Positions 1 through 8,968 of a stretch of 38,972 nt of DNA are shown here, in pieces; position 1 is the stretch's first letter, and every line of letters starts with the position of its first letter. The translations under genes and the position numbers were made by a program. The notes beneath the pieces were generated by a model. The model had not been told where the DNA came from, did no database searches, and worked only from the letters and a program-made list of their open reading frames with translations. The stretch spans positions 1 through 38,972 of the forward strand of contig JBBDRF010000039.1 in NCBI GenBank assembly GCA_040905565.1, in the 5' to 3' direction. The DNA comes from Phycisphaeraceae bacterium (GTDB lineage Bacteria; Planctomycetota; Phycisphaerae; Phycisphaerales; Zrk34).

Positions 1-21
1 GGGCACCCGCTATGTGCAGAC

Positions 22-1341
22 TCACGTACTCGCCTTTTTCAGCACCATCGCCACGTTCTGCCCGCCGAGGCTGGTGCTCATGACCAGCACATGCCCGAGC
101 TTTGCGTCGCGTGACGCTTCGGTGCCGGCACTGAGGCCCTCGATGGGGTCGTCGCAATTGATGCGTGCGGGGAGTTTCTGTTCGTGGATCATCTTCGCTG
201 CGACGGCCGCTTCGATGCCGCCCGCCCCCGCGCCGCAGTTGCCGACGAACGGCTTCACCGGGCAGATGGGTACGGACTTCAGGCGATCGCCGAATACCGC
301 ACGCAGGGCCGCCGCCTCCGAGCGATCGTAGCTCGGCACGGCGCTGCCGGTGGGCACGATCGCATCGATCGCATCCGCTTCGAGCCCGGCATCCCGCAAT
401 GCCGCTTTGATCGCCGACGCGATGCCCTTGCCCTCGGGGTGAGGCTCGAGCCCTTCGCCTTCGGGGTAAATCGTGTGGCTGGCGCCGATGCCGACGACCT
501 CGGCGTAGGCCCTGGCCCCACGCTGTTCCGCCACTTCAAGCGCTTCGAGGACGATGATGCCCCCGCCCTCGCCGATGGCGGTGCCGTCGGCTGCGTTGTC
601 GAACGGGCGGAGTGCCTCAGCCGGCTTCGCGTTCTGTGACGTGACCCGGCCCGCCAGAATCTGGCGATAGAACGCCATGGGGTTCATCTTGCTTTCCGCG
701 CCGCCGCAGAAGCAGGCGTCGGCGTTGCCGCGCTCGATGACACGCATGGACTCGCCGATGCTGAGTCCGCTGCTCGCCTCGCCGCAGGTGATGGTGTTGC
801 TGGGGCCCTGGGCGTCGTGAATGATCGTCACGTGACACGCGAGCATGTTCGGCAGGTACTTCAGCAGCCACAACGGCGTCAGGTGCGTCATGCCCTCTTC
901 GCCCCACCGGTGGATATCAAAGTTGCCCTCGGCGTCAGTGGCCTCGGCGAAGGCTTCGGTCAGCTCATCGATATCCGCAGCGATCAGGCCCGCGCCGATG
1001 TGCGCGCCGACGCGAGGCCCCTCATAAGTCCGTTCGCCATCGGGCTCAACACCCGGCGTGACCATCTTCGCATCACGCACGGCCAGTTCCGCCGCGGCGA
1101 CCGCCAACTCGATATCGCGGGCCATGACCTTCGTCGCTTTGCGATACGTTTTCGGCACGAACTTCTTGACGCTGAAATCGCGCACCTCCGAGCCGATGCG
1201 GGAATCGAAGCCGTCGGTCTCGAACGCTTCAATGGGGGCAATGGCGGATCGGCCCGCGCAGGCGCCCTCCCACAGCACATCCATGCCGATACCCAAACCA
1301 CTCACGGCACCCAAACCGGTAATCACAACACGTCTAGACAT
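22..1341 (-). CDS. Beta-ketoacyl-ACP synthase (FabF) paralogue, probably non-condensing (chain-length-factor-like)
   Basis: KAS motifs RRVVITGLG, PFD..ADG...GEGGG, GGQN. ATG at 1341 with upstream GAGGA preferred over ORF-track start 1395. Catalytic Cys/His/His positions read Glu/Thr/Asn. Confidence 0.9.
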   Translation of the reverse strand: MSRRVVITGLGAVSGLGIGMDVLWEGACAGRSAIAPIEAFETDGFDSRIGSEVRDFSVKKFVPKTYRKATKVMARDIELAVAAAELAVRDAKMVTPGVEPDGERTYEGPRVGAHIGAGLIAADIDELTEAFAEATDAEGNFDIHRWGEEGMTHLTPLWLLKYLPNMLACHVTIIHDAQGPSNTITCGEASSGLSIGESMRVIERGNADACFCGGAESKMNPMAFYRQILAGRVTSQNAKPAEALRPFDNAADGTAIGEGGGIIVLEALEVAEQRGARAYAEVVGIGASHTIYPEGEGLEPHPEGKGIASAIKAALRDAGLEADAIDAIVPTGSAVPSYDRSEAAALRAVFGDRLKSVPICPVKPFVGNCGAGAGGIEAAVAAKMIHEQKLPARINCDDPIEGLSAGTEASRDAKLGHVLVMSTSLGGQNVAMVLKKAST

Positions 1342-1461
1342 AGCTTCAGCCGTTTCCTCTAAGGCCGGCCAGTTTAGCCGACCCGCCGTCGACACTCCAG
1401 CCCCGCCACCTTCTCCCGACGCGTGGCATCGTTGTGGGTGTTGCTTCGTGAGCGTCGCATC

Positions 1462-1516
1462 AATAGCCGCGAGGTTACACCTCGCAGGACCTGCGACGCG
1501 TAGCGTCGCGGCTATT
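1462..1516. repeat. REP-like inverted doublet (family D): two 27-bp hairpin units separated by 1 bp
   Basis: 1462-1488 AATAGCCGCGAGGTTACACCTCGCAGG vs reverse complement of 1490-1516 AATAGCCGCGACGCTACGCGTCGCAGG. All 4 differences are compensatory in the internal stem. Confidence 0.8.
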
Positions 1517-1581
1517 ACATAGAGTTTCGACTACACTACCGTTCGCCTGAGACGGTTCAGAAGTTACACGGAAACTCCCTC

Positions 1582-3378
1582 ATGGGCTTCGAAGCCTGGT
1601 TCACTATCGCTGTCGTTATCAGCGTCCTCATCGGCTTGATCCTCTATCAGCGTGCCCCGGACGTCGTGCTGCTTGCCGGGTTGACCGTGCTGCTGGTGAC
1701 GGGGACGCTGTCGGCTGAGGAGGCGCTCGCCGGCTTCTCCAACCAGGGCATGATCACCGTCGCGGTACTCTTCGTCGTCGTCACCGGCATGCGGGAAACC
1801 GGGGCGATGACGATTCTGACGAACACGATGCTCGGCCGCCCAAACTCGCTGCGCGCCGCACAAGCACGCATCATGATCCCCGCCGCCACCATGAGCGCCT
1901 TCCTGAACAACACGCCCATCGTCGCGATGATGCTGCCCGTCATCGGCGACTGGGGCCGCAAGCACCGCATCTCCGTCTCCAAGCTGCTGATCCCCCTCTC
2001 GTATGCCGCCATCCTCGGCGGCACCTGCACGCTCATCGGCACCAGCACCAACCTCGTCGTCAACGGCCTCGTGCTCGACTACATCGGCGAAACGCAGCCC
2101 GATCCGCGCTTCGTCCACGGCCTGGGCATGTTCGAGATCGCATGGGTCGGCGTCCCCGCTGCGATCATCGGCATCGGCTACATGCTTCTGCTCGGCTCGA
2201 CGAATCTGCTCCGCGAGCGGAAGCCGGTGATCGATCAGCTGGATGATCCACGGGAATACACCGTGGAAATGGTCGTCGAGCCCGGCTCGCCGCTGGTGGG
2301 CAAGTCCATCGAGGAAGCGGGGCTGCGTCACCTGCCGGGCATGTACCTGGTGGAGATCGACCGAGGCGACCGCATCCTTGCCGTCGTTTCGCCGCAGGAG
2401 AAGCTGCACGCCGACGATCGGCTGGTGTTCGTAGGCGTGGTCGAATCCGTCGTCGACCTGCAGCGCATCCGAGGCCTGACGCCGGCGACGAACCAGGTTT
2501 TCAAGCTCGATCAACCGCGTCACAACCGCTGCCTGCTTGAAGCGGTCGTCTCGAACACCTGCCCGCTCATCGGCAAGAGCATTCGCGAAGGTCGCTTCCG
2601 CACCACCTACAACGCTGCGGTCATTGCCGTGGCGCGCAACGGTCAGCGGATCAATAAGAAGATCGGTGACATCGTCCTCCGCCCCGGTGACACGCTCCTG
2701 CTCGAAGCCGGCGAAAGCTTCGCCAAGCAGCAACGCAACAGCCGCGATTTCTACCTCGTCTCCCGCGTCGATGATTCCACGCCTCCGCGCCACGAACGCG
2801 CCTACATCGCTTTGGCGATTCTCGGGGCGATGGTCATCAGTGTCACCAGCGGCTTGCTGACGATTCTCACCGCCGCGATGCTGGCCGGCGGGCTGATGCT
2901 TATCACGCGTTGCTGCACCGCCAGCGAAGCCCGCCGCAATGTCGATTGGCAGGTGCTGCTGGTGATTGGTGCCGCGTTCGGGATCGGTCGGGCGATGGAC
3001 ACTTCCGGTGCCGCCGGTGCGATTGCCGCTTCGCTCATCGGATTCGCCGGCGAAAACCCCTGGCTGGTGCTCATCATCGTCTACGGCGTCACGATGCTGT
3101 TCACCGAGTTGATCACCAACAACGCCGCCGCCGTGCTTGTCTTCCCCATCGCCCTGAGCACCGCGCGGGAGCTTGAGGTTTCCTTCATGCCGTTCGTCAT
3201 CGCCATCATGGTCGCCGCCTCAGTCAGCCTCATCACGCCCATCGGCTATCAGACGAACCTGATGGTCTACGGCCCCGGCGGCTACCGCTTCAGCGATTAC
3301 ACCCGCATCGGCCTGCCGCTCTCGCTGATCCTCTGGGCCGTCACCGTGACGCTCGCGCCGATCATCTGGCCGTTCTAA
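1582..3378 (+). CDS. SLC13/DASS-family permease with two TrkA-C (RCK_C) domains
   Basis: [50 protein letters not shown] motifs. Many TM helices flank a soluble duplicated domain. Confidence 0.92.
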   Translation: MGFEAWFTIAVVISVLIGLILYQRAPDVVLLAGLTVLLVTGTLSAEEALAGFSNQGMITVAVLFVVVTGMRETGAMTILTNTMLGRPNSLRAAQARIMIPAATMSAFLNNTPIVAMMLPVIGDWGRKHRISVSKLLIPLSYAAILGGTCTLIGTSTNLVVNGLVLDYIGETQPDPRFVHGLGMFEIAWVGVPAAIIGIGYMLLLGSTNLLRERKPVIDQLDDPREYTVEMVVEPGSPLVGKSIEEAGLRHLPGMYLVEIDRGDRILAVVSPQEKLHADDRLVFVGVVESVVDLQRIRGLTPATNQVFKLDQPRHNRCLLEAVVSNTCPLIGKSIREGRFRTTYNAAVIAVARNGQRINKKIGDIVLRPGDTLLLEAGESFAKQQRNSRDFYLVSRVDDSTPPRHERAYIALAILGAMVISVTSGLLTILTAAMLAGGLMLITRCCTASEARRNVDWQVLLVIGAAFGIGRAMDTSGAAGAIAASLIGFAGENPWLVLIIVYGVTMLFTELITNNAAAVLVFPIALSTARELEVSFMPFVIAIMVAASVSLITPIGYQTNLMVYGPGGYRFSDYTRIGLPLSLILWAVTVTLAPIIWPF

Positions 3379-3391
3379 TCACTTGCCCGCC

Positions 3392-3419
3392 AAAGAGCCG
3401 GGTTGTCCCCAAACCGGTC
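3392..3419 (+). repeat. REP-like hairpin family C, copy 1
   Basis: AAAGAG-CCGGGTTG-TCCC-CAAACCGG-TC. Near-identical copies at 13676-13700(-), 27626-27654(+), 27671-27699(-). Confidence 0.8.
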
Positions 3420-3420
3420 T

Positions 3421-3437
3421 GTAGCCTCAACGTTGAG
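3421..3437 (+). repeat. GTAG-led 12-bp palindrome (possible REP)
   Basis: GTAGC followed by the perfect palindrome CTCAACGTTGAG, lying between two other REP-like units. Single copy in window. Confidence 0.4.
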
Positions 3438-3440
3438 CCG

Positions 3441-3463
3441 CCGCTCCCTAATGGTCGCGGCTC
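3441..3463 (-). repeat. REP-like family A, copy 1
   Basis: CCGCTCCCTAATGGTCGCGGCTC, 21/23 identical to 34057-34079. Confidence 0.8.
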
Positions 3464-3537
3464 ATAAAAAGGTTGCTCCAGCCATCGACGGACGGTAGTT
3501 TCAGGTGGCCTACGTTGCTCTTATACAGGGATTCCGA

Positions 3538-4449
3538 ATGCCGATTCATCTGCCGACTGTCACGCGTCGTCGTTTTCTAGTGGGTTCTGCCGGTGCGATG
3601 GCGGGGCTGGTTTCGATCCGCTCGCTGCAGGCTGCGGGACCGAACGTCGATCCCAATAGTTTCGCGCTGCTCTCGGATACGCACGTTGCCGCCGACGCAA
3701 ACACGGTGAACCGCGGCATTCGGATGGCTGACCATTGCCGATCTGCCGTCGGCGAAGTGCTGGAGATGACCCCCCGCCCCGCCGCCGTCATGATCAACGG
3801 CGACGCAGCCTACCTCACCGGTGAACCGGGCGATTACCGCCAGCTTTCAGACTGCCTCGCCCCCCTCGCCGAAGCCGACGTCCCTGTGCACGTCACCATG
3901 GGCAACCATGATGATCGCGGGCCGTTTTACGACGTCATGACCGAGATGCGCCCCGAGCAGCCCCCGCTCATCGGCTGGCACGTCGGTGTGGTCGAAACCG
4001 ACCACGCAAACTGGATCATGATCGACTCGCTCGACCAGGTGAACGTCACGCCCGGCCTGCTCGGCGAAGACCAACTGAACTGGCTGGCGAAGATTCTCGA
4101 CACCCACGACGACAAGCCCGCCATTCTCTACGGCCATCACTATCCGCAGTGGAAACCCAGGGCCAGTGGCGCGTTCAACGGCCTCAAGGACACCGAAGCG
4201 CTCTTCGACGTCCTCAAAGAACACCCCCAAGTCAAAGCCTACTTCTTCGGCCATTCGCACCGCTGGGACATCACCGAACGCGAGGGCGTCCACCTGATAA
4301 ATCTCCCAGCCGTCGGGTACGTTTTCGCGCCCACCGAAACCAGCGCCTGGGTCCACGCCCAGCTCAAGCCCAACGGCATGGACCTGACCTACCAGGCACT
4401 GAACAAAGATCACGACTACCACGAACAGCAGGTGACGCTGGATTGGTAG
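3538..4449 (+). CDS. Tat-exported calcineurin-like metallophosphoesterase (CpdA-like)
   Basis: TRRRFL twin-arginine signal; DxH (SDTH), GD, GNHD, HH and GHxH motifs. ATG 3538 preferred. Confidence 0.9.
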   Translation: MPIHLPTVTRRRFLVGSAGAMAGLVSIRSLQAAGPNVDPNSFALLSDTHVAADANTVNRGIRMADHCRSAVGEVLEMTPRPAAVMINGDAAYLTGEPGDYRQLSDCLAPLAEADVPVHVTMGNHDDRGPFYDVMTEMRPEQPPLIGWHVGVVETDHANWIMIDSLDQVNVTPGLLGEDQLNWLAKILDTHDDKPAILYGHHYPQWKPRASGAFNGLKDTEALFDVLKEHPQVKAYFFGHSHRWDITEREGVHLINLPAVGYVFAPTETSAWVHAQLKPNGMDLTYQALNKDHDYHEQQVTLDW

Positions 4450-4455
4450 GCGTTT

Positions 4456-5241
4456 TCATACCCCGTCGTAGCCGAGCCGTGCGCTGACCCGGGCTGCCCC
4501 TTTCGACACGATCTTGCCCAGCGGCTCGAAGTCTTCCCGCTTCATGCGGAAGCTTGGACCGGTTACCCAGATGCTCGCCACCGGTTCGCCACGCCGATTC
4601 TTAACCGCAGCCCCGATACAACGGATGCCGTCGTTGTGCTCGCCATCGTCGATGGCGTACCCCCGTTTCCGCGCTGCGTCCAAGTCAGTGATCAACGCCT
4701 TCCGTGACGTGATGGTATTCGCCGTGAACCGCTCGAAACCCACGCGGTCGAGCCACTGGTCACGCTCGGCGCGTTCCAGGGCGGCGAGCATCGCCTTCGC
4801 CGGAGCGGCCGAGTGCAGTGGAAACCCAGTGCCGACGCCCACGACCACCTTCACCGGATACGTACTCAGCACGTGGTCCAGCACGATACCTTGAGTGTCG
4901 GTCAGCACGCCGATGAGGGTGGTTTCGTTGGTGAAGTCCCGAATATCCCGCATCACATCGCTGGCACGCTCGATGAGCTTGTCTTCTTCGACCGCTGCGT
5001 AACCGAGGGTGAGCAGCCCGGGCCCGAGTGTAAAACGCTTGGAAGCACCGTCGCGCCTCAGGTAGCCGTAGTCGTGCAGCGTCGTCACGATGCGAAAAAC
5101 GCTGTTCTTGGGAAAATCCAGCGCGTCCGCGATCGCGCTGATTCCCAGCGGCTGCGCCTCCGCAGCCATGTGTTCCATGATCTTAAGTGCACGCTCGAGA
5201 TTCGGAACGTGGTAGCGTGATTTCTCATTATCTTTATTCAT
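4456..5241 (-). CDS. IclR-family transcriptional regulator
   Basis: N-terminal LERALKIME...PKNSVFRIVTTL HTH; C-terminal PLHSAAPAKA, GYAIDDGE..GIRCIGA effector domain. Confidence 0.93.
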   Translation of the reverse strand: MNKDNEKSRYHVPNLERALKIMEHMAAEAQPLGISAIADALDFPKNSVFRIVTTLHDYGYLRRDGASKRFTLGPGLLTLGYAAVEEDKLIERASDVMRDIRDFTNETTLIGVLTDTQGIVLDHVLSTYPVKVVVGVGTGFPLHSAAPAKAMLAALERAERDQWLDRVGFERFTANTITSRKALITDLDAARKRGYAIDDGEHNDGIRCIGAAVKNRRGEPVASIWVTGPSFRMKREDFEPLGKIVSKGAARVSARLGYDGV

Positions 5242-5315
5242 GGGAAGGTCATACTACTAAGACAGGGGAAAGATACAATACGTAATTCTCCAGAATGCCC
5301 GACGAGCGTGAAGGT

Positions 5316-5337
5316 TTTGTTCCAAGCGCGAGACAAA
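5316..5337. promoter_or_regulatory. Imperfect palindrome, candidate IclR operator
   Basis: TTTGTTCCAAGCGCGAGACAAA in the divergent spacer, downstream of a TACAAT -10-like hexamer (5273-5278). Confidence 0.25.
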
Positions 5338-5368
5338 GACGGGACACGAGCCGCGAGCGGAGGACAGG

Positions 5369-8300
5369 ATGCTGACATCGACGACGCGTAAACGCTGGTC
5401 CTTGGTCCCCTTGGCGCTCCTCACGATGTGCCTGCCCGTCAGCGTCGCCTCAGCCGACGAACAGGTCGACCCGGCGCAGGCGGCGTTCTTCGAATCTCGC
5501 ATCAGGCCCCTGCTCGCCGCCAACTGCTATGAGTGCCACGGCGAGGAACGGCAACGCGGCCACCTCCGCCTCGACGCGCTCGGCGACGCCCTCGCAGGCG
5601 GCGACCACGGCCCCGCCATCGTCCGCGGCGACGCCGAGCAAAGTGTGCTCATCGAAGCGGTCCGTTACGACAATCCGGACCTGGAGATGCCTCCGGATCA
5701 GAAGCTCTCCGATCGCGACATTGCCGACCTCGAGCGGTGGGTAAACATGGGGGCGCCCTGGCCGGGCTCGGACCCCGATGTGCTGCGATCGTCGCGCGAA
5801 GCGTTCACCATCACCGACGAAGACCGCGCCCACTGGGCCTATCAGCCCATCGAAAAACCCGCGCTGCCCGAGACGCTGACGGAAACCGAGCACCCCGTTG
5901 ATGCCTTCATCCAGGCGACGCTGGAGCAGAACGAGCTTCGGCCCAACCGGCGCGCCGACCGCCGTGAGCTCATCCGCCGCGCTTACTTCGACCTCATCGG
6001 CCTCCCCCCCGAGCCCGAAGATGTCCACGCCTTCGTCAACGACGACTCCCCCGACGCGTTCGAGAACCTGATCGACCGCCTGCTCGCCAGGCCCGAGTAC
6101 GGCCAGCGATGGGCCCGGCACTGGCTGGACGTCGTCCGCTTCGCGCAGACCAACGGCTACGAGCGTGACAGCGAAAAACGCTACGCATGGCGCTTCCGCG
6201 ATTACGTCATTGAATCGTTCAATGCCGACAAGCCGTTCGACCAGTTCATCCGCGAACAGCTTGCCGGCGACGAACTGGACAACCCCACCAACGACAGCAT
6301 CATCGCGACCGGCTTCTATCGACTCGGCGTCTGGGACGATGAGCCCGACGACGCCGCCGTCGCCGAATACGACTATCTCGACGACATCGTCAACACCACC
6401 TCCGCAGCCTTCCTCGGCCTCACCGTTTCGTGCGCCCGCTGCCACGATCACATGTTCGATCCCATCTCGCAGAAGGATTACTACGAGTTACTCGCGGTTT
6501 TCAGCAACATCCGCAAACACGGGAAAAGTGAAGACGTCAACTCGCCGATCTTCCTCCCGCTGGGCGATCCCGACCAGATCGCTGCGTACCGCGCCGATCA
6601 CGCCGAGCGTGTCGATCGTCTGCAGAAGCAGCGCGAAGCAGCCGAGTCCGACGAACAGAAGAAACAGCTCGACGAACAGCTGCGTGCTGTGCGAAGTGAG
6701 AGGCCCCCGTTCGATCTGGCACTTGCGGTGCGGGAGCGTGGCAGCGACGCGCGTGAAACGCACGTGCTGATTCGAGGCCTGCCCAGTTCCAAAGGCGATC
6801 TCGTGCAGCCGCGCCTGCTGGAGGTGCTCGGTGGCGAGGCCATCGAAGCCGATCCGCCCGACTATGCGAATTCCACCGGTCGCCGTCGCGCCTTCGCCGA
6901 CTGGGTCGCCAGTGAAGATAATCCGCTGACCGCACGCGTCATCGCCAACCGCATCTGGCTGCATCACTTCGGCCGAGGCATCGTCGAAACGACCACCGAC
7001 TTCGGCAACGCGGGCGTCGAACCGACCCACCCGGCGCTGCTGGACTGGCTCGCGGCGGAGTTCATCGACAACGGCTGGTCGGCCAAGCATATGCACCGCA
7101 CGATCATGCTCTCCGAAGCCTACCGCCGCAGCTCGCGCGCCGACCGGTCGGGCAACATCGCCGTCGATCCCGGCAACCATCTGCTGTGGCGACAGAACAT
7201 GCGCCGGCTCGAAGCGGAAGCGTTGCGGGACACGATCCTCGCCGCCAGCGGTGAATTGAACCTCGAGCACGGCGGCCGAGGCTTCTTCCTCAGGCTCAAC
7301 GGCGAAGTCCTCGCCGGCGCCTCGCAACCGGGAAACGGCTGGGCCATCTCGTCCGATGACCAACTTCGCCGGCGCAGCATTTACGCCTACGTTCGCCGGA
7401 CGACCCCCGTGCCGATCATGCAGATGTTCGACTACACCAGCACGACGATGCCGCTGGGCGAACGCCCGACGACCACCGTCGCCCCGCAGGCCCTGCTGCT
7501 GCTGAACAACGACTTCATGCAGCGGCAGGCTCGCGCCATGGCCGACCGCGTCACGCAGGAAGCCGGCCGCGAGCCGCGCGATCAGATTCACCGCGCTTAT
7601 CAGATCGCGCTCAACCGTAAGCCGAGCGACCGCGAGCTCGCCATCGCCCTGCAATACCTGCGCGATCAGCAGCAAGCTTACGAAGCGATTGCCGACCGCC
7701 TTACCTTTGTCGCCGAGGTGCCCAAGACGCTGCATCAAGGCTACCTCGGCCAGCTTGAGCCGAAGCACATTTTCAAGGCGCCGCCGACCTGGCAGCCGCA
7801 CCGAGGCGTCTGGGGATCAGGCTATTCCGGCAGCGTCTCCGTCGATGTCCCACGCGGCCCCTTCGCACTCTGGGAACGCGGTCCCGTGCTCGCCGACGGC
7901 GAAATTCACGCCACCCTCCAACCCGACCGGGGGCTCCACTTGGGCGGCCTCATCGTCCGCGGCTCCGCCAGCAACGGCGCCCTCCAGGGCTACGATGTGA
8001 GCATCGACCCCAGCGAACGCACCCTCACACTCGCACGTCACGATGCGGCCGGCACCCGAACGCTCGCGCAGACCCCGCTCGCCACCTCGCCCGGCCAAAC
8101 TCATGCACTCCGCGTTGCCTTCAAGGGCGACCGCCTGCAAGTGTGGCTCGACCACAGCAGCGAACCCATCATCGACGTGATCGACGACGACCCCATCGTC
8201 CACGGCTACATCGGTGCCCGCGCGTGGGGCGCCACGTTGAACATCGACGGTCTGGACGTCCAGGGCGAGCCCATCGACGCCAACCTGTTCGGGCACGATG

Positions 8301-8956
8301 CGGTCGCTCACACTTTCGACAACTGGCGTTACTTCGGCGGCCGATGGGCCGTCGAGCCGGACAACAGCCATCGTGTCGCACCCGAGCCCGGCGCCAAAGC
8401 CGTCTGGCAGGATGCCGAGATCACCGACGGCGAGATCCGCTTCGACATCCGCCTGCACACGAACACCGGCAACCTCAACCTTAACTTCCGCGTCACCGAT
8501 CCACAGAACGGCGTCAACGCCCTGAACGGTTACAGCGTCGGCATCGACGCAGGCGGCGTGGTGCTCGGCCGGCATCGTCACGACTGGGCGCAACTGGCGC
8601 GGGCGCCGATGGACGTGCAAATCAACCGCTGGTACCCCGTGCGGATCACCGCCGACGGCAACCGCATCCGCGTCTACGTTGATGGCGCCGACGAGCCCAC
8701 CATCGACCACGTCGACGAAGATCGACCGCTGACCGATGGCCGAATCGGCATCCGCACCTACAACGCCGACGGCGCCGTGCGCGATCTTGTCGTGACCTCC
8801 GGCGACCGAACGTGGCAGGCCGACTTCGCCATGCCCGAACCTGCAGAACTGGCGGAAGCGGACCCCGCCGTTCAGCCGAGCGAGCCCCGTGAGCAGGCGC
8901 TGGCTTCGCTTTGCCTGGTGATTCTGAATTTGAACGAGATGGTCTACGTCGATTGA
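5369..8956 (+). CDS. Planctomycete cytochrome c (PSCyt1)-DUF1549-DUF1553 protein with two inserted DUF1080-like beta-sandwich domains
   Basis: Signal peptide; CYECH (5525-5539) and CARCH (6431-6445) heme motifs; HWAYQP, YGQRWARHWLDVVRFA, NPLTARVIANRIWLHHFGRG; terminal LNLNEMVYVD. Confidence 0.93.
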   Translation: MLTSTTRKRWSLVPLALLTMCLPVSVASADEQVDPAQAAFFESRIRPLLAANCYECHGEERQRGHLRLDALGDALAGGDHGPAIVRGDAEQSVLIEAVRYDNPDLEMPPDQKLSDRDIADLERWVNMGAPWPGSDPDVLRSSREAFTITDEDRAHWAYQPIEKPALPETLTETEHPVDAFIQATLEQNELRPNRRADRRELIRRAYFDLIGLPPEPEDVHAFVNDDSPDAFENLIDRLLARPEYGQRWARHWLDVVRFAQTNGYERDSEKRYAWRFRDYVIESFNADKPFDQFIREQLAGDELDNPTNDSIIATGFYRLGVWDDEPDDAAVAEYDYLDDIVNTTSAAFLGLTVSCARCHDHMFDPISQKDYYELLAVFSNIRKHGKSEDVNSPIFLPLGDPDQIAAYRADHAERVDRLQKQREAAESDEQKKQLDEQLRAVRSERPPFDLALAVRERGSDARETHVLIRGLPSSKGDLVQPRLLEVLGGEAIEADPPDYANSTGRRRAFADWVASEDNPLTARVIANRIWLHHFGRGIVETTTDFGNAGVEPTHPALLDWLAAEFIDNGWSAKHMHRTIMLSEAYRRSSRADRSGNIAVDPGNHLLWRQNMRRLEAEALRDTILAASGELNLEHGGRGFFLRLNGEVLAGASQPGNGWAISSDDQLRRRSIYAYVRRTTPVPIMQMFDYTSTTMPLGERPTTTVAPQALLLLNNDFMQRQARAMADRVTQEAGREPRDQIHRAYQIALNRKPSDRELAIALQYLRDQQQAYEAIADRLTFVAEVPKTLHQGYLGQLEPKHIFKAPPTWQPHRGVWGSGYSGSVSVDVPRGPFALWERGPVLADGEIHATLQPDRGLHLGGLIVRGSASNGALQGYDVSIDPSERTLTLARHDAAGTRTLAQTPLATSPGQTHALRVAFKGDRLQVWLDHSSEPIIDVIDDDPIVHGYIGARAWGATLNIDGLDVQGEPIDANLFGHDAVAHTFDNWRYFGGRWAVEPDNSHRVAPEPGAKAVWQDAEITDGEIRFDIRLHTNTGNLNLNFRVTDPQNGVNALNGYSVGIDAGGVVLGRHRHDWAQLARAPMDVQINRWYPVRITADGNRIRVYVDGADEPTIDHVDEDRPLTDGRIGIRTYNADGAVRDLVVTSGDRTWQADFAMPEPAELAEADPAVQPSEPREQALASLCLVILNLNEMVYVD

Positions 8957-8968
8957 AAGGCTGAGACG

